A stretch of 20,000 nt of DNA from Catajapyx aquilonaris (Eukaryota), in contig KZ539380.1 of the NCBI GenBank assembly GCA_000934665.2, positions 46,383 to 66,382 on the forward strand, given 5' to 3'. This document shows, in pieces, positions 9,229 to 20,000 of this stretch. The position numbers were made by a program, and so were the translations under genes. The first letter of the stretch is position 1; each line of letters starts with the position of its first letter. The notes under the pieces were generated by a model. That model saw only the letters and a program-made list of their open reading frames with translations, was not told the DNA's origin and ran no database searches.

Positions 9229-12200
9229 AGTAAGCCAAGGTCGAGGCCTGCGGAAGGAACAAGCGAGCGTCCCGACGCCAAAGCTTCCCGCCAAGAACGT
9301 CGTCGCAGAGATTGCATGTTTGGCAACACCGCCCCAAAAATAAAAGGCGTCACGACACAGTAGTCGCTGATGTCAAAGCTTAAAATTAGACCCATTTGGT
9401 GGCCCCCCGAAGCTTCCATGCCCTTTTCTCACCTCTGGGAAAAAAAACAAACCTGCAGGGCAACTACTGTACTGTACCAATGTTAGCCAGGGATGCTGGG
9501 AGGTCGAGGACCCAATGTGGAAGGCGCCGAAGACAAGCGGCGCTAATGGAATGGTAAATGCCTCTTGAATCGCTGAAAAGCCAGCGGAGTAAAGCCGTGG
9601 TCGCTGGCCACTAAGCCGACCGCCCTATTTCTGCCGTTATTTATAAAGCCCCAGGCCGTTGCTGCCGAATTAATTTGGAGCCCAAACTATACTAGCCGGA
9701 CGTCAAAGGATTTTCAGGATGAAATTAAAAACAGTTAAATGAACTATGAACACTAATTAAACAGTGTTGCTCGTGTATTGCCTTGTTGACGAGAAGATTG
9801 ATACAAATTTTACCAACATAATCAGGCCCTAATGCCTCACTGCATGGTATGCGCGCAGTATTGTCAGCGTCGGACAATCCTGTCTCAGTGTGTATCCATA
9901 TTAACATTCACTTAAACACATATACTGCAATTTTTGTAAGCATTATGTATAGGGGATTTCAATAATTTGATTATGAAGAAATTATATTGTGTGATCAGGC
10001 GAGGAGGGGGGATCATTTTTTGCTGAGTTATTTCAGTGTCTCGATTAGTAAAGAACATTAGGCGATTTTTTTTTATCTGTTTGGGATTGAGGATAAGGGA
10101 ATAGTCTGAGTTATATTCCCTGTACGTGGTTTCCGACATGGAAATTTGGAACTACCACACAAGTTGGGAAGTAAAACTTCTGTGAGCCTGTGCATGTGTG
10201 TGTGGGTACGGCAAAAACTCGCCCATTTTCACTCTGAGCCTCGGTTTTCCTGGCGCTTTAAACAAGTTTTTTAAATAGCATTTTCATATGCTCTGTCGAA
10301 GTTTTTCGGGAAAAAATGCTGACCTTCCATTAACTATTTCAGATAAAAATTTATTGAATAGAAATAGATATGTGTGGCTTACTGACTAACCTAAAATAAG
10401 TGCCTTCAACTGCAATTAACCTACTATTTGTTCCCTAAATGCTGCATAAGCTGAGTGAAAAAGTTACAGATTGTTTATCCCTTGTAAGCAAATTAAATAT
10501 AAGCCCGCTGGACACAACCATCAGGACCACATTCATACTTGTCGTTTCAACTCCACAAATCGGATATTGGGACTAAACAATCGACAACTTGACCAGGTGT
10601 ACTTCAGCTAGTAGTCACCAGTGCACCCCTATGTGCACATTAGATGTTGCAAGCTGCCAATAAAGTTTTATTCGTCAAAATAAGTAATTAACTATTGAAG
10701 CATTTGCCTGTCACCAAGAGGACAGACTTCATGATGCCAATCTGTCACGCTGTTGCAATATTTTCTGATAGTACGTATTTTAAAAAGAGCGCTTATGTTG
10801 CGTTTAAATATTGCATATATGGGCCTTTCCCAGTTTGATCTCCCTTAATCCCTAAAAGCTAACACCCTAGCTGTGTTTATTAATCGGAAGAGTGAAAAAT
10901 AGCGAAATCTCATTACACGTACTTCTATAATGAACTTTTTAATACGCTGCGTCGAAAACCATTGATACAAAATCATGTTACCCTGTGGCTTAGCGGAGCC
11001 TGCTTGACGGCTGGTTGAAAGCGGAACTTCCTCTTGCTCATATTGCATGCATATCTCGATTATACTGTATGAATGAATGTAATAGTGCCAGTAATCTTTC
11101 CTGCATTCGACAGCAGGAAACAGGGTTATGAGGGTCGGGATTGATACCTCCAATGTGTACGCATCACGCAGGGTGCCTGTATACCATCATACACTGTCAA
11201 AATTCCACATTCAATGCACGGTTCGCGATACGAAGTCACTCGCTTGACAAACGCTGAAAATATTAACATGCATAAATTGCGGTGCAAATGCGGCCAGCAA
11301 ATGTTGTTCTCTATGCTAATTCTGGCACAGGCCTCATAAGCTGACAGCCAATTACTGCATAATATGTGCTCACAGACTAGGAAAAGTTTGCCTTTCTGCA
11401 ACTACATTTCCAGTGACGAGGGGTGCCGCACTTTTTTGTGACGTGTGCACAATCTTCCTTGGATGGCGTAACCTCTGGCAATGTTTATCATTAATTTATG
11501 TATCGTAATCTTCATTTGGGACTGGTTGCCATCACTCAGCTAGGCACACATAAAACTTTCCCCGCAGCCAACCAAGTACATCCTCGCAGGCTGAAAACTG
11601 CCATAATCCTCCAGTATCATCTCCGCTCACGCTTTCTCCAGCCTCAAGCTAGCTCGCCTATACTGATAAGCAAAATTCTTTGTGAACAAGAATTAATCTG
11701 ATCCACGTCCCATATTGACGGCTGGAAGCGTCACTACTTTATTTTGTCTATTTTTTTTAGTTGGTACGGGAACAAAGCAATCCAAATTACTATTTTTGCC
11801 AGCCTTGCGTTTGGATCGGCTTTTTTGATGAATTAAAACCAGCATAGTAACACATAATGTGTGCTCATGGTATGGGCACAAGGAAGCAGGAGAATTCAAT
11901 TACAGCTAATCAGGCTGCATCGTGTTCATGCAAATAGGGGATGGTCATAAAAATTAAAGTATCTGTGGGGAGATGGTTAAACACTGCAATTTCTCTTGCA
12001 TGCTGATTTTGTCTGATGTATTACTGTAGTTTCTATTTCTGTTTTCAGGATCTCTTGAGACAAGATATCCTCATGGAGTTCCTGACAGCGTATACAGGTA
12101 ATGAAGAAACTTCCTTTTAAATGCATGATGGCAGTATACACATGGTGTAGTAAAACCATCACTACTGATACTCTATTAGTAAAAGTGGTCTCGTGGTAAA

Positions 12201-15200
12201 ATGCTACGCCGCCCTGACACAGTAAATTTTATAGGGTACCGGTATAGCTAGTCGGAAGGACATTTTTCTAATAAGGACCGCAGTGTTGGATGTAGCTGTT
12301 ACATGAGTGTGTCATGTCATGTGTCAGTGTAAGGGTTCTCAAGATTTGCGTACGACACGTTTTCTAGCCGTATTTTGAATCCTAGCAAGAAATATACTGT
12401 ACCTGTCATCATTGTAATCGGAAATGTTTACAGGCACATTACTCCGAAAAGAAAGAGGATATATGGGCTATGCAGCAGATAAGCTTGCGTGCTTATAGTA
12501 CACCGGCATTACATGAACTTGTTTTCGCCACCGTTGGCACGAATAAAGATAAATTCTACATCACGTTACGCTTTGTCCTCTCTCATAGTTTTGCGCCCAA
12601 TGCTCCTTTGCTGTGCGATTGTGTTTATATGTAAATTCAGTCTAGGCGGCACCTAGATGATCAGGCCCATCTGCTAGACGCTGAGGCGTAAGGAGTAGCG
12701 GAATCCCTTTACGGGACAGCTGCCTCTCGCTGTTTTTCGCCCGGGCGCTGCAATCCGTGGCGAGATTACCACCAGAGTACATTCAGAGAGAGGGATGAAA
12801 GGGTTACATCCACACTCTTTGGAAATGTCACGCTTTGGCCCATGTTCTGAACCTAAAGGCGTGAGGCAGAAATCGGGTTGGATTTCGACTGTGCCACTTA
12901 ATTCTTTATAACTACAGTAGCGTATTCTGTTGTAGGAAGAAACATTTCTACGTCATTTGCAGGATCAATCTTGGGATAGTCGCTTAGCACATAGATAAGT
13001 GTATGCGGAACGAAAGTGTGCCAAACATGGCACGTAAACCACGCTACAAAAATAGCCTTCCTCCTAGAGTTAAGCTGGCAAAAATGATGACTCCACTTGG
13101 TATAAGGGCGATAAAACTGAATGAAAAAGCGAGACCCAAGACGCCAATAAATGTTGCAAGACATAAAAAAAAGAGGGGGGGCGGACCAGCCAGGCCTAAG
13201 AAAGCAACTGAAACAAGCACTTTCAGACCAACAACTCACATCGCCTGCCGCCTAACAGATAACAGCTTCTTGTTTCACCCCGCCTGCACTCATTTTCTTC
13301 CTCTTTTTTTGTTCATTCCTATACACTCTTCTGGGAGCGTTTACTATTGGGCGTATATTGCTTCTTGCTGCTCTAAATTGTATTTTGGCCGTCTGTCGAT
13401 CGGGTAACATTCAAGGGCGCATTGCACATGTAACAAGCGCGCTATAAAATGGGCTTTGTGCATTTCGGGTGACACGAGACGGATGGTTGGATTTGCTGTG
13501 TGCTCAGCTTCCAGTCTCCGGTTGACAAACTTTAGTGAAGGCAAACAAACTCGTGCTCAGCATACAAACGAGGAGTACATTTCGCATAGATAGCTAGCAA
13601 ATATGCCGGAATGTGGTGCATCCCCAGGGTTTGCCTGCATCGTCGGTGCCCGTCGGTTCAATGCCTTGCGCCACTAAGCGGTTTTACTTGTGGCTGGGTG
13701 CCTAATCACATCTGTTAGTGGTTCCGGCATTGTCGAGTCAGAAAGGCATTGTGTTTTAGAGGTCATCCTGCGGGCTAGGCAATTTCTTGGGAGTCGTGCT
13801 GGTTAGTCTGCATCGCAGGCGCAGTTATTAGAGGTGGCTTTTGAGGATGAACTATGCGCGCATGTAATGTGTACTGTACGTTATTCCAATTAGAGATCTG
13901 TGAGTGTCTGTGAGTTATAGCTTCGACTGGAATGTAGTACACAGGCGGCACGGTTTTATTCTGACTCTTGTTTATTTGCGGAATTCGCTTGGAATCACGC
14001 ACGTGCGCGAATGCAAAATGCGGTTAACGTGTTTACCAGTTGGCAAAAATGTATGGGTCAGGGGACATGGTTTTGCCACTAGCTTGCTTCTGATTAGTTG
14101 TTGAATAGTTTATTAAAAAATGAACACGAGACCCGCCTCCCATTAGCTTGGTCAATTTTTCATGGTACGTTATATACAGGCCCGTACATGCCGCATAGTA
14201 CTGTACAGCTGCACTATGATCACAACAAAAATATTAATTGAAGAAACTGTGGTTCGTGGCAGGTTCTCCGTCAGCCGTTGAATATGTATGTCAATATGTG
14301 TTAGAATAATAGTCTACAAACTTGAATAAAAGCTTTTCATCTCCCAAAACAAGCGCACTACAAGAACTGTACCTTTTGCAATAATTTTACATAGAGATAA
14401 CAATCATGAGATCTAGAAAGGCGTGAAAAAGGCATGCACTAATTACCTACAACACGATAATATACAGAATATATTTAGTTTCGGAGAGATTATACATAGA
14501 AATTTGTATTCAAAGTGGCAGCGTTCATATGCATGTGCTTTTTAAAGATCAACTTAGCCAATATCCCTCAAAGGTCAACGGGCTGCTTGTTTAAAGATGC
14601 GTCCAACCACCAGTGTACACATCCTTGCAGGTCGTGTTGAAAGGCATACGAACTTAAGCCGTTATAAAAAGTGGATTGCACATAAATAAAGCCAGATTGT
14701 TTTCGGATCATAAATTTGAAAGACGGAAACAAATTCGACAAGACTTTTGCCGAAGTTATTCCTAGGTTGTTTTACCGTTGCCACCATTTCGAGTGGAAAT
14801 GTTGTAAAAGTGCTGCCGTCCCGTTCAGTCAGTGCCACGGTCGTGAACAGGTTTAAATTTAAATCCAATAGGTCCCCAGTGGACCGAAATCGAATTTCCC
14901 CGCAGAGATTTGTCAGCTCCCTATCAGAAAGAATGTTGCACGCGCGTGCTGTGTCTGCGAAGAAGCAAGAGCTGCCTCCATGTTTGGAGTATCGATATGC
15001 ATGGGCCTTGAATGTCGGAATGCGGTCAATTTTTTGGCCATCCCTCAAGAGGTTTGCTCACTTGGACATGAGGCCTATATGCGACATTTTCTCCAACGTT
15101 GCGTGAATAGCATATTTGATTTTTGGTGCGGTGCAATAAAATCTGGACAAAAACTGAATGGCACTCTGCGCAACCCTGTACACGACATGTGTTTTACGTC

Positions 15201-18200
15201 AATGTCAATTTGTCGCATGCACTACTGAACATCCGCCGACTTGGAAATGCAATATCCGGCTTTTTGAAGACCTACGGCCGCGTCTCACAAATGTGGCCGC
15301 ACTTAACATACGTATTATTTCACGGTGCATTACGTGTCGGAACACTTGGAGGTTCACAGTAGAGCGAATTTAAAGAGCCTGTTGCACTAACATGACCACA
15401 TCACGCAGCGTGTCTTGAACCACGATTAACCTGTCCTCTTTTCACCCTTGCTCGCTGTAACCCCCTACGGCGGCATAAAGTGCGGCTAAATTTAAACACG
15501 ACATTGATTAAAGTGTTTTGTCGGCGAAACACTCTGGAGGGTTATCAGGTGGGTCCTTTCGGCCCAACATAAATCTGTTCACAAGTCACTATTTGCTTAC
15601 TTGAGTGAAGTAGAGCTGGCTGAGGATAAGTAAGATCTGATGCAGAAGGAAACGAGTGGTTCTGTACTCCGTCATATTATATCAGATTGGAGGTTCTATA
15701 AGACGAATGGCTTGCTTTCAATCCTGATCGACTCGGTCAAATCGAAATGACGCTGACGGAGTGAAAGAGAGAAAAAATTTGACAAATGGCTTGTGGGGGG
15801 AAAATGTCCACTCACTTGTGGCTCAGGCCAGATTCTTTTTAAACGTCTTTCCAATGCCCTTGAGATCCATATTTCAACCGTTCGCTAAACTAGTCAACAT
15901 GAACGAGTCAGCTCTTTTTAGCGCAGTCGTCTCTTACCATCAAAGAGCTGAAAAGTACCTGCCTGATGTAATAATTTATTATCTTCTATGTTGAGCCAAA
16001 AGAAACTATCAAGAAGTTGGTCCAATTTGTTTTTTGTTTCTTTTTTAGATGGCTAGAAAAAGCTAATGTGCAAGTTATGTAATGTGCAGATACATTGTTT
16101 ATTTTGGCCTTCCTCTAACGTTACGTATATTCATCATGATATGAAATATCCTGTCTTCATATTTGCTTCATAACGAGGGTGGTTGGATATCCTGCAACAG
16201 GTGACTGAATCTTTCACTGATCTAATCAACAAACGTTATGATTTATTACTTTCTGTGACCTGAAGGGCCCATTGCCAATTTCAACGTACACCAATTTAGA
16301 CATAATGGCTACAAATAGTGTCACATTAATGCGAAAGTGTACCGAAATGGTGTGCAGTTATTTGTGAAACGGCGACGACAACGAACACCTATTAGGAAAA
16401 CACGCCAAGAAAAGTTTGTTTCTGGTTCTTTTGGGCAAGGACAATACATTCGGAGGTTGACATTTCGGTGTGTTAAATTAGGTTTAGGAAAGGGAGGACA
16501 AGTGCTTGGCACAATGCCGATGTCAACTACCCTAGCTTAAGGAAAATCATCACCAACCTGGCAAAAGGTCCGCAATTATTTTTCTAAAGAGTCAGACCCC
16601 GCTGTCAATTTGAAAACAAGCACATCCTGCAAGCCAAGTGGCCTGCAGTAAACCGGAAAGGTAAAGAACAATTTGGCAATGCAGGAGACGCACCAACACA
16701 CTGGCCCCGGTTAACGAGGCAGTGAAATCCTAGCTTGGCTGTCTTCACCGTGGAAGCTTTTAAAGTGGGATCCCGACGTAATAACAGCAAAGAGATTGAC
16801 GTAAGAAGCGAGTAAAATGCTTGCGAGCAGGTGGGGTGTCCCTGTTTCAAAAGTCGGGCCGAGATGGAGGAAATCCATCTTTCCAAGACGGAAATAGGGT
16901 TTTTGGCTGGAAACCAGAGGCCCGAAGGGGTCACTCGACACTCGGGGGTAAACTGAATCCACACAACACGCTGCCCCGGCTTTGAAAAGGATTGCTGACG
17001 GCGACTTCTCCATTCGCGATGACTGCCGGAATCCCGACGATAGCGGCTACAGTGTATAGGACTGCTGGACTGATGTGCTTCTCTTGCAAAACAATGATTT
17101 ATATATCGGACGCATCGGTGACAGCAGTCACGTTGTATGGCCATACTGTAGATAGCAACACGTCGCCAAGGCTCCGGCTGATCATATATTGTGCTCCGGA
17201 TCGGAGAGAAAAGGAGGTGTTTCAATTGACGGCTGCTTGGAGTGCCTGCAGGATCAGTTGACCGGGACAGAAACAGGTAGAGAGAGAGAAAAAGAGACGG
17301 CTGTCTGTTGAATCCGGGCTTTGAAATTCATCATTCCGGGCAGAATTCCTGGGATCTCGTTTCTCGAAAAATGCGGTTATCCAGTAGGCCGTGTGCCATT
17401 TCCATTGAGGAACTGGACGCTAGTGTTGCGGTTGGAAATTCAAAGCTTGCTGGTCTACTTCAATGGATGTTACCCCTCGCGTAATTGGTAGGGAAACCTT
17501 TGTTTCTCAGGCAAAGCATGTAAGCAAAGGTTTTTCTCGCGGCTGCTGTATTGACTAGTTCAAACAAAAATGTTGCTGCGGTCCTAGTGTGCAAGAGGAA
17601 CATGATCAACATAATACAGGATGAACATAAGCAAAAGGCGTTTTCTTCAGCTCTTCTCTTGCATTTGTGTGTATACGTGCGGTCGTTTGTTTCTGTCATT
17701 CTATGACAGGCGGAACTGGGAAATTAAATTTTGGGGGGCAAGGCCAGCGTCACGCACCAAGATGTGAGATGTAGAAGGAGCTACAAATATTGAGCCTGTC
17801 AAGGGAGTCTCAATATATTCTGCCGGGACCTGCTAAGAATATTTAGGCAGTCCTGATGATTCAATATTCAAATATTGGCAAATCGAGAGAGACGAATTCT
17901 TATTGCTCTGAGTCTCTGGAGTGTGACAGTGTGACGACAGCAATGTCATTTTACTTCTTTCAGACGCAAATACAAATTGGGAATTGATTTGGCATAAACT
18001 ACCCCACAGTATGTGCCGGTATATGCATGTGTATGTACGTGAGTAAACATGTGTAAAGTGGGCGGTAAGCGTGATTATTTCTTGAACTTTTGTCGAACTA
18101 TCCCCATGATGTCCCTCTAGCTATTACTCAATGACTTCATGGGCGGATCCACGGACTTTAAAGGTAATTGTCGGTGTTACTCCGATAATCCCCAAATGAT

Positions 18201-20000
18201 GTTTGACGATAGTGTTTAGGCGCCATAACCTGTCACATTCATAATTGCAGGTGGTACTGGCAAATCATGTGCTGGTGCAAAATTCGTATAGTGCTGTTAT
18301 TTGAGATGTTCACCAGCTAGTAGTGACCTGATGAATATTTTTAACTAGATTGTGTTCACTTGCAAATGTTGCTAAACGTTTGTCGAAATAATTACCTGTC
18401 ATAAATTCCATAAATGGTGACATATTTTGCACTGCCACACACATTAACAGTACCTTGTCAGCACAGAATCACGGCATAACAGTGACCCTGCGTTGTATAC
18501 TAGATACGTATTATTATGCAAAATACACTTAATTACATTCATGAATGGAGTCTGTTTTAGAACGTGGGGTTATAATGTGCGGCCTTTAGCTACTCTACGT
18601 GCATGTTCATTTGCAAACAGCAATTCGAGTTTTTATATAAAATATGTTTTTTAAGCAATCCTTCCATATTTGTGTACCTCTGGGTGTATTTAGTATAGAC
18701 AGACGTGCACTCGGAAACAATGTAGAGAAGGATTACACTTCTCCATCCTCCTACTCGTGTGTCATAAATATTCACAAGCCGGGCTGCTGGAGGGGATTTG
18801 TATTTTTCAGTAACAAAATGGAAAAATCCGACTCCTGTCTATACTAGTTTTACATATGACGTTATAAGTAAATGTTGCTGAAGGCTACTTCCCTTACATG
18901 CGACATTGGTTTTTTCCCCCCCGTTCATTTGGTGAGTTACGACGTACAGTACATGATGCGTTCTAAAGCAGCACATGCCCAGAAGAGCTTTAAGCTGAAT
19001 AATATTTGCAATTGGCGTCACCCTGTGCGATTTCATGTTTGCGATCAGTGCAAGTCTTGCCCCTTGTCCCTCCAGAATCAACAACTCTGTGTGTATACCA
19101 TTAGGAGAAGAGGCAAAGGGGATTCAGTTTGACCCTCTGGAAAGCCAGAAGTGCTTGTTATATGCTCTGAAAAAAGGAGTGGAGCAGTGTCGAAGTGGCA
19201 CTTGAGTAGGCCAGTTCATTGTTACCGAGGGTCGAAGAGTCAGGAAAGTGTGAGGGACGTGGACTGGATGCGGGCGACGAGGCAGGATGGCGACTCGTTT
19301 GATGCCTCCCTTGGGGTTCGGATTAGACTTGGTGATGCGGGCGACTCATCTCCTCCACCCCCGACGTCTTTCTTTCCCCTGTGTTTTTTTATGACTTGTC
19401 CCTCGCCCCTTGGATAAACAAGCACCTGTCGCCGCGCAAAACGTCATAAACGCGTTGGAGAGACGTCGCCACCGCCCCCCAATTGGATTTTGGTCGACCT
19501 TCGTTCGCTTAGCAATTTCATTTCTCATTCCCTCTACGTCTATCATTAATTTGCATAATTGGGCGCAAGTGTCGTGGTGGACCTGAAAAGGTGTCGCGTA
19601 CGAATAGAGGATGATTCATTAGATCCATTCATTAGCCTGATAACATGTGTTTGAATTACTTGTCTGGTGGAGGCAACTTGGAATGATGGTTCCGGGACAT
19701 TGGGAGACACCGAAAGACCACGTCCGACCACACTCGTTTCAGGTTTTGTCATTAGGTGAACCGTTCACGGCCAGGTCGTTTTTAGCCAGACTTTCGGGAC
19801 TCGTGAAACTTTCAGTCGTACTTGCTTGCATTATTGATAGTTGGCACAGGATCCCGTGTTTGTGGCATGGTGATGGGACTGAATTTTTAATTTTATAGGA
19901 ATAATTGAATGGCCGGTGAAATAACCACTTACATCAGCATACTTCATATGAGACATGTTCAATGTAAAATTCAGATGTTTCTATTTTAAATGGAGAGTTT

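Larger units (their letters stand above)
1473..20000 (-). other. Probable large intron (>18 kb) of the GPCR gene, upstream of the TM3 exon
   Basis: The exon starts mid-TM3, so upstream coding exons are required. I found no TM1/TM2-like coding sequence by eye or in the ORF track. The region has only short, non-homologous ORFs and scattered repeat-like fragments. A small exon could have been missed. Confidence 0.6.

Noticed and set aside
13003..13407. 134-aa Lys/Arg-rich ORF
   Set aside because: The basic composition comes from A-rich low-complexity sequence (AAAAAAAAGAGGGGGGG); no homology is evident.
14662..15373. Cluster of overlapping 70-128 aa ORFs near a mariner-like terminus, considered as a transposase remnant
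   Set aside because: No DDE/DDD, WVPHEL/YSPDL-type or helix-turn-helix motif is visible in any listed frame.
17099..17184. Minus-strand peptide ...TVWPYNVTAVTDASDI*, resembling the ECL1/TM3 start (WPY...TDAS) expected in the missing upstream exon
   Set aside because: There is no GT donor after DAS, a stop follows two codons later, and the upstream frame has no TM2 (LAxSD-type) motif and hits a stop. Most likely coincidence; TBLASTN with an ortholog would settle it.
16605..17225. 206-aa minus-strand ORF, the longest outside the GPCR exon
   Set aside because: Non-ATG start, Arg/Ser/Cys-rich random-like composition and no recognisable domain; consistent with a chance ORF in a GC-richer block.
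1..20000. CRISPR array, operon, defence system, rRNA or tRNA genes
   Set aside because: No regularly spaced repeats, no gene-dense prokaryotic organisation and no recognisable structured RNA gene; the window is intron-rich animal DNA.

Overview
This window is eukaryotic (animal, most likely arthropod; a chelicerate such as a tick is my inference), not prokaryotic. The only well-supported coding feature is one internal exon on the minus strand, about 800-1472, with canonical AG/GT boundaries. It encodes TM3 to helix 8 of a class A (rhodopsin-like) neuropeptide GPCR of the FMRFamide/sex-peptide/proctolin receptor group, best resembling the arthropod proctolin receptor. I could not find the TM1-TM2 exon or the C-terminal exon, so the remaining ~19 kb is most simply intron. 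That sequence holds short decayed repeat/transposon fragments: a TA-flanked MITE-like unit, an insert bounded by a 15-bp direct repeat, dispersed diverged motifs and a possible LINE remnant. It also has a compact G-quadruplex motif and a few possible enhancer-like sites. The other ORFs in the track look like chance ORFs. I see no support for a novel multi-gene system, CRISPR array or RNA gene; the findings are modest.
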